This document shows, piece after piece, positions 1-13,073 of a stretch of 64,000 nt of DNA; the stretch's first letter is position 1, and each line of letters starts with the position of its first letter. The stretch is from Bilabrum cf. latius (taxonomy: Eukaryota), in assembly GCA_965178125.1 (NCBI GenBank), contig OZ237763.1, positions 372,001 to 436,000 of the forward strand. The letters run 5' to 3'. Below the pieces are notes generated by a model. That model was given only the letters and a program-made list of their open reading frames with translations, did not search any database and was not told where the DNA came from. The translations under genes and the position numbers were made by a program.

Positions 1-1286
1 CCCACCTTGCCGCCTTGATGACCAACTCCACCAACAGCGATGCAACTGAGATGGTCTGCCTTATCAACGTCGCCACAGGGGCCTGCGACCTGCAGCTGGG
101 ACCAGTGCTGGGGAACAGCGCCACTGGACTCACTGCCGTGCACAACGGATACATCTGCCTGCAGACCTCCCCTGATTCCTCTCACATCTACTCCCGGGAC
201 CTGGCCTGCTGGCCCGGGCGCGGCAACCGCATCATCACGATGGACGTGGTACCAGAGGGCCCCGTGGAGGACTGGCAGGAGATCGAGGGAATCATGGGGC
301 GATTCGACGAGCAGGAGGGAGTGATTGTTTCCATGAAGCACCCGATCTACGACGAGGGCCTCTACTTTGTGCAGCTGGTCGCCCCCTCACCGAGCCCTTC
401 TCCCACCCCATCGAGCAGCCCCACGCCATCCGCGACTCCAAGCCCATCACCAACGCCGAGCGTCAGCAGCAGCCCCAGCACCTCGCCCACGCCGAGTGTC
501 AGCAGCAGCCCCAGCACCTCGCCCACGCCGAGTGTCAGCAGCAGCCCCAGCACCTCGCCCGTGCCCAGCCCATCAACGAGCGAGCTTCCGGCAGCAGCCG
601 TCAGCACGGTACCGCGCGGTAGACGCAAGGGCAGTACCCCTGCAAGTTCCTCCTCTACGTGCGCCCAAGGAGCCTCCGTGGAGACCTCGCAGCTGCTTCT
701 GCAGACTACCGTGTCGGTGGCTGACGCCACGGCAGCCGAGGTGGGCTGCGACAACGCAGCGACGGTCGTGGCCGCCGCTGCTGCCGCTGCCAGCATCCGA
801 GTCGACGAGGTGACCTACTGGCTGCAGAGTACCGAGTCCGGGGGCACCGAGCTGGTGCTGCAGATACCCGTGGAGACCAGGGAACAAGGGGAGCTGATCC
901 TGCAGGGGATCGAGACGGTGCTGGGTGACCCGGCGCAGACTGCGGCGCTGCTGGATTCAGCTCCCGCTGGGGCCTCTGTGTCTGCGTGGGACCGCAGCGA
1001 CGGGGACACGACGGCCATTCTGGACTCGCCGTACCTGGAGGACGGGGAGGACGACGATGGGCTTGATCTATGGATCATCGTGGTGATCGCTGTGGTGGGG
1101 GCTCTGGTTGTAGGCGGGGGACTTATGGCATGGTGCTGCTGCTGCGGAGGAGGAGCGTCCAGGGCCAAGGTGCATAAAGATGAGAATGCAAAGAACAAGG
1201 GCGATGCCAGTGGGAAGAGGCAGGCAGGGGCCCCGGCTGGGGGAGCGGCTTGGACTGGCGCTGGTGCTGGGGCGCAGGCCGTGTGA
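1..1286 (+). CDS. C-terminal part of a type I membrane surface protein (Ser/Pro/Thr mucin-like stalk, single TM helix, Cys-rich juxtamembrane tail); probably 5'-truncated by the window
   Basis: Open frame from the window start, PSPSPT-rich stalk, hydrophobic helix LWIIVVIAVVGALVVGGGLMAW followed by CCCC, ends TGA at 1284-1286 with an AT-richer 3' flank. Confidence 0.75.
   Translation, partial: HLAALMTNSTNSDATEMVCLINVATGACDLQLGPVLGNSATGLTAVHNGYICLQTSPDSSHIYSRDLACWPGRGNRIITMDVVPEGPVEDWQEIEGIMGRFDEQEGVIVSMKHPIYDEGLYFVQLVAPSPSPSPTPSSSPTPSATPSPSPTPSVSSSPSTSPTPSVSSSPSTSPTPSVSSSPSTSPVPSPSTSELPAAAVSTVPRGRRKGSTPASSSSTCAQGASVETSQLLLQTTVSVADATAAEVGCDNAATVVAAAAAAASIRVDEVTYWLQSTESGGTELVLQIPVETREQGELILQGIETVLGDPAQTAALLDSAPAGASVSAWDRSDGDTTAILDSPYLEDGEDDDGLDLWIIVVIAVVGALVVGGGLMAWCCCCGGGASRAKVHKDENAKNKGDASGKRQAGAPAGGAAWTGAGAGAQAV
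456..563 (+). repeat. 36-bp coding tandem repeat, about 3 copies, encoding PSVSSSPSTSPT
   Basis: Near-identical ccgagYgtcagcagcagccccagcacctcgccc units in tandem. Confidence 0.85.
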
Positions 1287-1634
1287 GCGCATTGCATGTG
1301 GCCAAGACTAGAAAGGGCTAGGCCAGGCGGGCCTAAGAGGCTTTTCTTTTTGGGTTTAATCTCCGTGGTGACCATACTCTCGGGTGCACAATATGAGCAC
1401 CTGCGGCTTGATGGCCTACTCAGCAGTGCATGGCCTTGTTGCTAAAACTTAACAATCTCTACCAACTTGCGTGGTGCTTGCGTAAGCCGTGCGCCACTTT
1501 TTCCTTTGGGTCGCGGTCTTCCGTCAACCACACACAAGGGCCTGAGGGTTTGACCGCCTTGTTGATTCACCCTGCGATACATACATGCAGTCATGCACAA
1601 GTTGACGAATAAATTTAACCATTCATTCTATCTA

Positions 1635-1991
1635 TCATTTCCCATCCTCCCCGTCCTGCTTGCCCCCGTCCTCCCCCTTCCCTTCGTCCATGCCCAGCGC
1701 AGAGCTCACCGCCTCTGAGGTCGCGTCCATCGCCCCGGCCAGGCCCTCCCGTCGCACCTCCTTCCCCTCCGGTACGATAGCCTTTGCTGCCGATTCGCGA
1801 GTGGCGTCCGACTGCTCCTTGGTGTAGTCTGCCGCGTCGGAGGCAGTCTGAGCCACGGCGTTGTACGCGTCGGAAGCGGCCTGGCCCACGGCGCTGCCTA
1901 CTTCGCTGACTGCACCCGATGCCTTGTCAGCGGCGCCTTCAGCGTGCTGCATGGTTTTACTTTTAGTGTCATGGTCTGATGCGGAAGCCAT
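1635..1991 (-). CDS. Small hydrophilic LEA-like protein
   Basis: MASASDHDTK...AEGAADKASGAVSEVGSAVGQAASDAYNAVAQTASDAADYTKEQ has an Ala/Asp/Lys amphipathic pattern; ends TGA. Start codon uncertain. Confidence 0.5.
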   Translation of the reverse strand: MASASDHDTKSKTMQHAEGAADKASGAVSEVGSAVGQAASDAYNAVAQTASDAADYTKEQSDATRESAAKAIVPEGKEVRREGLAGAMDATSEAVSSALGMDEGKGEDGGKQDGEDGK

Positions 1992-2303
1992 GATGTGTGG
2001 ATTGCTCTGCGTGTTGTGGCCGGAGAGGTTGGATTCGGCCATTGGTACGTGGTCGGAACACTCGGCAAAACCAAGCAAATCCCCGCATTATTCGGCTCAA
2101 TTCGCAAGTTTCGAAGTATCACACGAATAACATGTACAATACTTCCCACTACCATAGATACGTGGCTCTTACTTTATCTATTGTCTTGATTTGTGAGTGT
2201 CGAAGGGCGAATTGGGCTCGATATATAATTCCGAATCTAATTCCGAATCCATTCAACAGTTCCGGTATAGGCCGAACCAGAACCGAAGAATCAAAACCGT
2301 GGC

Positions 2304-5300
2304 TCAGCTTCCAGGCGCAGCAAGCTCCTCCGGCAACACGATCACCCGGGCGGCCTCCTCTGTGCTCCCGCCGACCAGCTCCAAAGCGGGCACGAACGCC
2401 ATGCCGTGCTTTTCCCCTGTGCTTCTGCCCCGACCGAATTCGCAATCAGGATCCACGCCACCACCCGAGGACTTTGCATCGCTGCCTGAAACTAAAGTTC
2501 GACCAGCCAGTCCGCCCACGAGCGCAGCGGCCTTTCCGTCCAGCGATCCATCGGTGGAGTCACGAGAAGTGCCTGCCTTCTCTGCCGCAGCAAGTGCCAC
2601 CACAAGTGGGTCACTCGTCACACCGGATGGTTCACTCGTCACACCTGATAGCCGAATACCATCCGGTGAATTCTGCTTCTCCCCGCCCGCATACCCATCG
2701 CCTTCGCTTTCAAGGCCCCTCCTCACTTCGGCCAGCAGCTGCTCGTCCGTCGGCGGCCAGGACCGCTTGCCGGGCACGCCAGCACCACCCTCCCCAGCAG
2801 TTGCAGCAGCAGCACCACCACCTAAAGCATCGCCAGAGCTGCCCTGCGCCGCCTCCCGCGCCCTGGTGATGCACGTTTCCAGGTCCCTTACCAGGCGGCT
2901 GCCCGTTCCTTTATCTCCCAGGGGGCATTCGAGGGCAGCGGCAACACCTCGGAGGCTACTGACGGTGCTCGGCGAGGCGATGCAGCGCAGGACCGCCTCC
3001 TCCTTCTCGAACTCATCTCTCCTGGAGTTAGGTACCACGCGCTTATGCGAGTCTCTGCTCTTTCTCTTCGCTCTGCGCCTGCCGAACTCCTCCGCGGCGG
3101 AGTGCTGCCTGTGCGTGTACCTCCTATGCGCCTCTGCGGATGTCCTCACCGACCGCCTCCCGAAATCGATGCCCGTCACGTCCTTGGCCGCCATGGTGGA
3201 GAACATGGAGACCTTGGTGGCCTGGCTCTGACGAGACCAGGAAGACGACCCGGAGGCAGCCGATGCCCCACTGGCTCCCGTCACCCCAGACATGCCAGAC
3301 AGCACGGAGCTCACGCCGGTGGCCACAGATCCGGCAATGCTGGAAGAGTCCGTGAAGATGCTCTGGGCGTCGCCGAAGCCCCGTTCTCCGTCGGCTTGCC
3401 GAAGCAGCATGGCGTTGCCAAGCCTCGTGTCCTGCGCGAACCGATACAGGGCCTCAACCTCTGCGTCGCCGAGTCCGGAGGCGTCCTCACCGACCAGCTG
3501 AGGCACGGTTGCTGCCGCGACGCCACGAACGACCTCGGCAGGCTGCGCCTGAGCGGCAGCCGCCAGCAGTGCGGGCATGTCGGTCCCTTCCTCGCCGAAG
3601 CTCTTGTACAGCTCGAAGAGGGTCATGCCGGCCCTGGCCCGCCTCACCGAGGTGACAGCACGCATGGCAGCAGGGAGATTCGCGCTGTCCGATTGCACCT
3701 TCTGCAGCGTGTCTCGGGCGACACGCCGCGCGAGAGGAGCCAGAGCAGTCTCCACAAAGTCTTCTCGACCCGCGTCCTTGGCGACTTGCGCGGCCGCTTG
3801 GAAATCGAAGGCACCGGTGACCTCCACGCCAGAGGTTTCGTCCTCGTCCCCGTCCCCGTCCTCGTCCTCGCCAACGGCTGCAAGGCCGGCAAAGCCACCG
3901 CTGCTGATGCCACCGCCGCCGCCGCCGCCGCTAGTTTGCCTAGAACCGAAATCAATCACTCGGTTCGAGACGGTGGCCAGCAACACACTCGGCGCAGGCG
4001 GCTCACCACCTGCGGCACCGGACGCGGCGCCATCAGCAGCTGATCCTCCCGCCATGGCGCCAAACACACCGCCGGGCCCGTCCTCGCTGCTATCGGAATC
4101 GCTGTCATCTTCCACGCCCCCAGGATCGGCGGACTTCGACTCCAACGCGCCTGGCTCCTTTGACACGTCACAGACAGCATCGGCCACGAAGCCCGCCTTC
4201 TCGCCGTCATCCAAAGCCTGCTCCTCAGCATCGCTGGCTCGCTCCAACCTCCACAAGCAGTGCCGCAGCAAGCCAATAGCGAGAGGATACGCCCCACCGC
4301 ACAGCATGTGGGTCTCATCCTTTGACCCCTCCGTGTCCGCCGCTCGCAGTAGAGAAGCGCCTGGGGGGCGCACCACTGCCCCGCCGCACAGCAGCAGCGC
4401 GCGTTCCTCTACGGCATTTGCTGCCAGCAGCTCCGAGGCCGCAGCTCTGCCACGACCAGCAGAAATCAGCTGTACGCGAGCTTCAGTGGGGGACGCAAAA
4501 TCGCCGAGGCCTTGCTCCTCGAGTGAGCCAGCGGCGGATGCATCAGCAGCACCACCAGCGGCACCTGTCACAACGCCCTGGACACCCTGCGCACTGGCCG
4601 TTGCCGCCAGCACTGACGGTCGCGCTAGTTCCAGGGCATTCGTCCTGTCATCATCTAGCCGCGCGAGCTCGTTGGCCATGCATGTGGGTACAACTTGGCG
4701 GAACGTCTCCCGGTTCGCGTCCTCGCTCGAGATATCGTCAAGCAGCGAGCGGCAGGACGCTACGGCAGCTTCGTCCTCGGGGCAGCATGCGAGTGCGCAA
4801 GCCGCTGCGGCGTGCAGGGGTACCACGCATGACCTGAGCAGCCGAGCCGCCTGGTGGAACTCCGCGGCCACGTCAGCCACATCACCGCTCAGCTCCTCGC
4901 GAGCTGCCTGCAGCCTCTGCTTGGCCGTCCTCCCCGGCATGCTTCCACCCGCGGCTGCGACCATCCTGGCGGCAAGGCCGTCCTTTGTGATGGCTGCAGA
5001 CACCTCTGCGCTCCTTCGGGCTGCCGCCATCTGCAGCAGCTACAGCGCCCACGCGACTCGAAGGGCGTCGTGGGCACGGGGGTGCAGGGCCGGGGATACC
5101 TTACCATTGATCTTCTCAAAGAGGTCCTGCTTGCCGGCGAGGCCACGGAGGAACTTGAGCGGCTGGCTGGCGGCGGCGCTTTCCTCCTCGTCGACGCCGT
5201 CATCTGCGGCGAGCCGTGTCCTCTCAAGGGATAGTGCGGTGGCACCTTCCAGTGCCTTGTGTCCCGTTCGGTACGGGGCTCGAGAGGATGCCAGCCCAAC

Positions 5301-8300
5301 GCAGGTCGCGATCACGTTGTCCCACTGCTTCAGGTGCAGGTCAACAGCGAGCCTCAGCCGTCTGGCTGCTAGCGCTTGGGCGGGAGGTAAGGGATCCACC
5401 CAGCCCGATGCAGGGGACTCCACCGGGGGTGTAGGCACGGCCGATTCCGCGACTGCGTTTAGCCTGCCGACCCGCCGGAGCAACGCGGCGCGAGGGGCCG
5501 GATCCGCGCCGGTGATCTCCTGCACGAGGGCCGCAAGATCGGGGCGGTAAGTGGCCAAAGCTGCATCGCAGAGCGACTGGCTGTGTGCGAGCAGAGCCAG
5601 GTGCCTCAGTGCCTGCTCATGGGACACAATCGGCCTGACCCCAATCCCAACGGCGGCGCGTGCAGCGGACACCACGGCGAGGGCATCGACAAGCTGGGGA
5701 GGGCTGTGCCTAGCATGGGCTGTGAGGAGTGACAGCACCATCTTGCTGCCGCCGCCGGCCTTCGGTCCGAGCACGGAAGGCAGCTCCGCGCGGATGGCGG
5801 CCGCTGCGGCCAGGCACACCACGTTGGCCTTTTCGGCTACCACCGCAGTTCTCTGCAAGAACCCCTGGGGTCGCTCGCCCGGCGGGGGCCTGTACCGCTG
5901 CACAGACACGTCGTCGTCGGCAGCGTTCGCCAGCAGCAGGTCAAGCCTATCATGCGCGTCTGCTCCTAGCTGTCGCACCAAGGCACGGATTCCACTCTCC
6001 TCGGGCAGCGCGTCTAAACTTGCCCGCACCGTGTCCATCGATGGCGCCTCGGCGGGTACGCCTGCCCTGAGAAATGGAGTACCAAGGAAGAACCCGGCTG
6101 GGTCGTAATCCACCAGCAGATTCATGTCTACTCGCTGCGCCCGGCACAGCTCAAGGGCAGCTGCGTATCCCCTCGAGGCGATAAGCCGACGGATGACGCC
6201 AAGCACCAGGGCACGGGGGCGGATCTGCTCCAAATTCCCTCGCGGCATCTGAAGGGTTACCGTGGTGGAGCCCGTGCCGTTAGGCACCGCCACTATCCTG
6301 GCGCCGAGCTCCACGGCACGTCTCAATCCTGCGTCCGAGGCAGCGGCTTCAGCAAGTGCGTGCGACATGGCGGCCTCTGCGGCTGCACTCTGCGTGGCTG
6401 GCACTGCTGCTACTGCTGCTGCTGCTTCAGAAGCGGTCGCGGCAGGAGCGGTCGCGGGTACTTCCGCGGACTCTTTTTCTGCTTCTACCACCATGAGGCG
6501 GAGAGTGTCTCGAGACACCACGCAGAGAGCGGGCTGCGGCGCACCGCCCCCACCAGCCGTGGGATCAGCGTCGATATGGGACCCAAGCAGAGCCGACTGG
6601 TTCACCGGTCCGCCTGACCCGCTCCCTGCGCCTGACGTGGCGGCACCGTCGGTCGATTCGCCTTGCACGGCTGCGGCTGCCAGCTGCATGGCGCCTTCGG
6701 TTTGCACCCGCGCGGCAAGGGCAACGAACAGCACTGCGCGCTGGCCGCCATGCACAGCAACGGATGATGCCGCCGGGCACAGGAGATGCCCGTTTACGTA
6801 CAAACGCTGGGAGCGCGAAGACAGGCCCACAACCTCACCGCAAGACAGTCCGCCCGGAAGCCCTGTGCCAGAGCCAGTCGGACCCTCAGTTGGGATCCAT
6901 ACGATCTCCTCGCACGGCTCTGGGAAGGCAAACAGAGGTGCAGGCACCCCATCAGTGGGACGCACAGCAGCCAGCCGGCTGCTCGAATCCGCTGCGCTTG
7001 TTCCGTCCATGGCGACCAGCAGAGAGGTGGCGCCAGACTCCACGCAGCTGACCTATCCCCCAACTGACTGCAACAGGAGCCTCCTGGCCTCTTCGGCTGA
7101 CGGCGTCACGCTCGGCGCTGACAGGCGGATCATCTCCTGGCCAGCGCGGCCAGCGAGTGACTCGCAGCTAGTGGCCGCAACATGCAGCACTGAGATCGTG
7201 CCGCTGCCGCCATCACCGCTAGCCGGCCCCAGATCCACGCGGACCACCAGCTCCGCGACCGCCTGGTGCTACGCGCTGGCACCGCCAGTGCCGCTCGCCT
7301 GCGCTCTGCAGAGGGCTGCCAGACACAAGTCAAAGGAAGCCTCGCTCCTTACAGCGCTGCCGATCCAGCACAGGTCGTGCGCCGTGACCAAGTCAACGGA
7401 CACTTCGCTGCCCGCAGGGCCAAAGCCGTAGCCGGTCGCAGCGATTGTCTTGCCGTCGCCGAGTCGCACGGCCGCCGATTCTGTGTGGCAGCCCACCGGT
7501 GGACCATGGGCCCTTCCTGCTTTGGCATCTGCGGATCGGGGCGGTCGCAGCCGAGGCGCAACCACAGCGAGCATGCCACCGGAGCAAAGCACTGCAGAGG
7601 CTCCGTCCCCTGAAGCGAGGACAGCCGCCAGCGTCCCGGCTCCTGGCAGAATTAATCTTGCGTCTTGTGCTGTCGCAAGCAAGGGGGCATGCTGCTCATC
7701 TGCAGGCGCCAACGCGATCGACTGCACGGGGGCAGGCAGCCCGAGCGACGCATACGACATGGGCGGTGGCACCAGTGGGCCCGCCGTCGGTGTGAGCAGC
7801 AGCTGCCTATCATCTGACACCACGGTGGTGCCCAACCGCCCGCTGCACACTGCCGCTCCCCACCGGAACCGAAGCTTCTGCACCTGCGCGGGCACGCCGG
7901 GACCCCCGCTCACCAGGACCCACAGTCCCCTTGGGTCTTCCTGATCCCACTCCACCTGCTGCACGAACAGCCCAGGAGAGAACGACGCACCGTCACGCTC
8001 CTGATCCCCGCTGCTGCTACCAGCTGCAGCTGTCTGCCCCCCATCGGTAGCCTCAGCCTGTGGCGATCCAGCACCGCTGCCTGCTGCTGCCGCCTGAGCC
8101 TCTGGCCTCAGGTGCTCGGGCCGCAGCGAGGTCACAGGCAGGACACCACCGTCTCTGTACTGACCCCCTCCGGCTGCAGAGCCCCTCGCCCTGGCAGCTG
8201 CGTCCACCTTGCTCCCGCCACCCACCCCTCCAATCACCCTGACGGCACGCTCCGCTGCAGCGAGGTCCCCATACCTTCTCTCGAACTTGGCGTACCAGTG

Positions 8301-9558
8301 GTAGTTGCCGCGCACCCACACCTGCAGCACGCTCCACTGCGGGATGACGCCCCGGCCAGACCCTGCACCGTTCTACTCACTCGTCACACCAGCGCTCTCC
8401 GTGGGGCCCAGTACCACGCAGAGCGCCTCGCCGCCGCTGCCTCCTCCGGCGCCCCTGCCCCACTGCAGGTGGGTGACGGCCGCGAGCGCGGGGTCAGCGC
8501 ACGGAATCACGAATTCTCCGTGTCTGAGTCCGTTCCTCTCGAACAGGATCACAGAGAGCTGTTCCCGCCGCAGGTCTGCCTGGGATGCGGCGACCAGGGC
8601 TCCGCTGGGGGACCAGCACAACGGCCCCTGCCTCGCCCCCCTTGCTCGTTCCACGCCTGTGCCCGACGGGCAGCTCCTCAAGGGGCCACCCGCGAGCACG
8701 CCCTCCACTGCGCTGCCGTTTTCGTGCCTCCCGATGCCGTGCGGTCGCAGGTCCTGGGTGTAGACGCGGATGCAGGGGCCAGCCAGGTCGCCCGCACCGC
8801 GCTTGGGAGCTAGCGGAGCGGCGGCGCCGGCTTTTTCGAGGATGGCGCCCACATCGGATACTCCAGGCTTTGATTTTCCTTGCGTGTGTGATCCAGCTTC
8901 GGACTGGTCGCACAGGACAGCGAGGTACTGTCCATCGGTTCTCCACGCCATCGAGAGAGAGCTGCTCGCTCGCATTGGCACGGGCTGCGGCATCTCAGCG
9001 AGGGGTTCCCACTCTGAAGTCAAGACAATCATTGCACCCCCAGATTCTGCTACCCCGGTGGATCGAGTCGCGAGCATCATCACTTCTTGGTCCGCGCTGT
9101 GGCTCATTCCAGCGATTCCCTGCGGTGACAAAGCAGCCAGAGCCAGTGGCGCAGGACTAATCAGTGAACACACACAAAGGATCAAATTGATTCTTAGAGC
9201 AACTTGTTCTTACTCCTTCAATTTGACCGACTTCCTCAACCTCTACCGTGCGACAGTCCACGGATACTATCGTTCCGGTGCCAGTTGCACAGAGCACGGC
9301 CTACGCGTCCGTCCAAAACGATGCATGCTCCCAATCAAGGCGCTTTCCATCGCCGCCTGTGGATCCCAATTCAATCTACCAGAGCACTTTCTTTTGAGCG
9401 GGTCTAGCGGCAACAAGAGTGCCGTTCCTGGTCAGGACAAACACAGTCTGCGACAGGTGATCTGTTGCCATGGTGGCAGGCTCCTCGCAAGCCTTGACTC
9501 CAGCTTCATGTTCTTTGAGGACAATGATGTCTTCTCCGCTGAATAAAACGTTCCTCAT
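2304..9558 (-). CDS. ELP1: Elongator complex protein 1 (Elp1/IKAP), about 2386 aa; one intron (9120-9213) and 6 in-frame TAG read as Gln
   Basis: Starts MRNV. Motifs: GIAGMSHSADQE, AWRTDGQYLAV, FERNGLRHGEF, QVWVRGNYHWYAK, VPPPMS, LQMPRGNLEQIRPRALVL, RVDMNLLVD. TAGs at 9376, 9301, 8373, 7269, 7053 and 5040 keep the frame; ends TGA at 2304. Confidence 0.93.
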
Positions 9559-10153
9559 GCAGGACTTGGATCCTGGCGAAGTGCAACAAGAAAGTTGGAA
9601 GCTGCGCTTCCCGGAATTAAAAATGGATCCCCAAGGCATGCGGGGACTGTGTTGTAGAATTCGGACGAAGCGTGTAGCTCCAATCAAGCCCTTCCTTCTG
9701 TTTTCGCGCTTTAGGCATGCAGATGTGGGTGCCTTGCGGGCAACACCATCTTTGGACCGACGGAGTTCGCACGGTGACATGCTGGTTTCGGTATGCAGGG
9801 TGCCCATGAGTGATTTGGATGAAGATTGGAGTTGGGCTGAACCCGCATGGCGATTTCTGGATATCAGAGGTGGCAAGGCCACCCGACTAGGGGTTGATTT
9901 CAAGGCAGCACCAGACGCCTGGCACCCTGCTAGTTTGCACAAAGGTGATTTCAACGGCTGCTTTAATACACGCGCATCGATTCTTTTCCTGCGACATAAG
10001 CTGGGACCGCGAGATACAGCAAAGGCGGTCGACATCCGTGAGTGGCGGCGGAAGCTGGGTGATGAGGACAACGAAATGCTGGTCCCACATTCCTCTGATC
10101 AGGTATCTGGTATCATTTATCAAACAGTGTGGCCTCATCAATTAAAACAATAA
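9557..10153 (+). CDS. Hypothetical protein divergent from ELP1 (start uncertain)
   Basis: About 200-codon frame with globular-looking composition (DLDEDWSWAEPAWRFLDIRGG...), ends TAA; no recognisable motif. Confidence 0.3.
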   Translation: MQDLDPGEVQQESWKLRFPELKMDPQGMRGLCCRIRTKRVAPIKPFLLFSRFRHADVGALRATPSLDRRSSHGDMLVSVCRVPMSDLDEDWSWAEPAWRFLDIRGGKATRLGVDFKAAPDAWHPASLHKGDFNGCFNTRASILFLRHKLGPRDTAKAVDIREWRRKLGDEDNEMLVPHSSDQVSGIIYQTVWPHQLKQ

Positions 10154-10556
10154 CCGTCATCGTAGCTCTTTGGTTTGAATTTTCTAGTCATTGGCCCAAT
10201 TCAAGCAGACAACAACGCAGCAAGGAAAACATCGGCACGATCTCGGCCCTGCACTTACTTTGCGAGTCAACCGTGCATGAAATAAATCTTTTCGCCAATA
10301 CAAATGGTTGAACTATAGATTGAGCCGCAAGCGCTAGAATATGCGAGCTAGTCGAATGAATGGTCGTTTGAGCGAATCACCACGAGCTCCAAGCGAACCT
10401 TCGGCATCCTGACCCTCAAGTGGCACTTGACAAGTGCGGCCCGACGGCAGCCCAGAACCCTTGCATGCATGGCCACGCTATGCAGCATCGTAGTCTAGAC
10501 TGGGTCAAAAGCGCCACTCCGAGCCCACCAGACCCCCGGGCCCGTCACTCGCGCTC

Positions 10557-11755
10557 TCAGAGCCCCACCACGGCTCCCCCTGCCAGGCACACTCCGGCGG
10601 TCAGCAGCCCGCCCGCCATGACGGACGCAGCCAGCGAGCTCCCGCTGCCTCCTCCGCCACCGTTACAGGTGGAACTGGATCCCTTGTCGTAGGCGGCACG
10701 GTTGCCGTCCAGAATAGTGGCGGAGGCCTCGTTCAAACCGGCGTTCCGAGCGGCGTCCATGGATGGCTGGGGATCGCTGCCCGCGAGGTAGACGTTGCCG
10801 CTCTGCTTGGCAACCACGAACGTGATGTACCCAACGGACTGGCCATTCAGGGTGGCGGATCCAGCCACGAAGATGATGTCGGTGGCTCCCTGTGCGGCGA
10901 TGGCATTGGTGGAGTCCTCCATGGTGATCACGAGGGTGGCATCGCCGTTCGCCGTGACGGTGGATCCCGTGACGCAGTAGGTCGCATCGTTCTCGTTCGA
11001 GTCGTAGTACCCTCTGTAGGCCGAGACGAATCCGCTGGCGCTGCCTGTCCAGGTCACAGTGATGCCATCATCGTCAGCGGAGCCTGGATCATCGTCGGCA
11101 CCGCCTCCCCCGCTGGAAGAGCCTGCGATGGATGATTGAAGGCTTGCCGATTGCGTGCATGTGGGTACAAATGCAATTTAGGGGGTAGAATGTACGGTGA
11201 AGCATGGTTATGCTCGCGCTTAGTAAGACCCGCACCGATTGGATCCGTCCTATTTTCCTAGATCCGATCGAGCGTGTCAGATCCAGTGGCCCGATCCAGC
11301 CTGGCAGAGCTGCCAGGTACAGCTGCTGATTCGGGAGGCTTGAGCCCCGTTTGCTCGACAAACAGCTCAACGCCATTCACCGGATACGTAAATGCATCCA
11401 CGGCCTCAAGCATGATCGACACAGAACACTCCAAAGGGCGCCAAGCCGGCCCACCACTGGCGTCGCCAACGTACGAGGGACCGGTGAATCTACCAGCACT
11501 ACCTCAGCGTTGGAACACAGGGCTCCCCAAGCTAGCGATGCCGTTTGAATGAAATTTATATCAATTCTCACATGATGCACGCCGGGACCCCTGGCAGGAT
11601 CCGTACTGGTTGTTGCAAAGCTGTGCCGTGCAGCTACCGCAGTCCGAGACGTCGGTTGAGCCCTGATCCACGCCGTTGCAGATGCATTCGCAGCTCTCTT
11701 GTGCTTGTGCCGAGAAGGCAAGCACTCCGAAAGTTATGGCGGCGATAGTAAGCAT
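10557..11755 (-). CDS. Secreted, probably GPI-anchored Cys-rich surface protein, paralog A (249 aa, 2 exons; intron 11123-11571)
   Basis: Signal peptide MLTIAAITFGVLAFSAQA and a Cys-rich exon 1. A GTGAGA donor and CGCAG acceptor join the exons in phase (T|GC=Cys). C-terminal small-residue spacer plus hydrophobic tail; ends TGA. Confidence 0.8.
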
Positions 11756-12037
11756 GTTTAGTACCCTGCTTTTGGTGTTTTCCACGAGCCGCGAAGTGTG
11801 TGTGGCTCGGTTTGGTTGGATCTTTATTTCCGGAATCGCAATTGATGGTCGCAACACTTCCTAATCTGCATATCCACACAGTGACGTGCGATTTCCAGAT
11901 GCACAACTCTCGAGTGACCGCAGGATCGGTTCGGCGATCACCAGTCGAGGTGCAGGCCTCAGATTCCCAGGACTAGCATGTCCTCATGTCCTCCAGAGAA
12001 CGCGTCTCCATCAGACCCCCGGGCCCGTCACTCGCTC

Positions 12038-13073
12038 TCAGAGCCCCACCACGGCTCCCCCTGCCAGGCACACTCCGGCGGTCAGCAGCCCGCCCGCCAT
12101 GACGGACGCAGCCAGCGAGCTCCCGCTGCCTCCTCCACCGGCACTGTTACAGGTGGAACTGGATCCCTTGTTGAAGGCAGCGCGACCGCCGTCGAGAAGA
12201 GAGGAAAACGCCTCCTGCACACCCGTCTCGCGTGCATCTGCCAGGCTCGTCTTCGCATTGCCACTGGCCAAGTAGGTGTTTCCAATCTCCTTGGCTGACA
12301 CGAAGGTGAGAAATCCGATGGACTATCCGTTGATGGTAGCGGGTCCCACCACAAAGATGATGTCGGAGGTGGCACCCGAGCTGATGGCCCTCGTGGAATC
12401 CTGCAGGTCGAACACCAGCGTGCCCAACTCGATCTGCCCGGTCACAGTGCTCCCAGTGATGCAGTAGGTCTCATCAATCTCGCTTGAGACCCAGTAGCCC
12501 TAGAACGCCGAGACGTACTCGCTGGGGCTTCCAGTCCACGTCACGGTAAAGCCGCTTTCGTCATCGTCACCGCTGGAGCCACCCCCTCCTGACGAGCCTG
12601 AGGTAAGAAGACAAAGGATGCGTCGCAGTGCACGCCCACGTGAAAACTTATGTGCGTGCTAATGTTTATGAATACGAAAGCCAAATAAATGAGTAATCGA
12701 GGAGCAGCCTTGCATCACCCCTTATTGGATCTGATCGAGCGAGGCTGCTCCGATCCGCCGATCTTGCAATGATCGGATCTTCGATCTGATACGTAGGACC
12801 AGATCGAAGCGTGTGAATGCGCGGTTCCAACTACAGCGTCGCAGGGCAAGCCCAAGGGGAGGATTCTCGTAGCATTTATCAATTCTCACATGATGCACGC
12901 TGAGATCCTTGGCAGGATCCAAACTCGCTGGTGCACAGGTCCGATGTGCAGCTGCCGCAGTCCGAGACATCGACCGAGCCCTGGTCCTGGCTGTTGCAGG
13001 TGCATTTGCAGCTCTCCTGTGCTAGTGCCGAGAAGGCAAGCACTCCGAAAGTTAAAGCGGCGATGGTGAGCAT
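12038..13073 (-). CDS. Secreted, probably GPI-anchored Cys-rich surface protein, paralog B (247 aa; intron 12598-12889; 2 TAG=Gln)
   Basis: Same exon structure as paralog A (184-nt exon 1). TAG at 12323-12325 aligns with CAG of paralog A; second TAG at 12500-12502. 3' end nearly identical to A. Confidence 0.8.

Noticed and set aside
3577-5550. Long antisense and alternative-frame ORFs (e.g. 3577-5550 +, 2197-3231 +, 6262-7431 +, 23056-24045 +)
   Set aside because: These are shadow ORFs of GC-rich coding strands (ELP1, ABCC) with no motifs of their own.
5031-8380. TAGs removed by tiny introns or acting as splice acceptors
   Set aside because: The frame and motif spacing continue with exactly one codon at the informative sites, most sites have no nearby GT donor, and true acceptors in this window are CAG.
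12323-12325. TAG as Trp (A-to-I editing), pyrrolysine, Leu or Tyr
   Set aside because: Paralogs and conserved motifs show Gln at the informative sites. U-to-C editing cannot be excluded from DNA alone but would need dozens of events.
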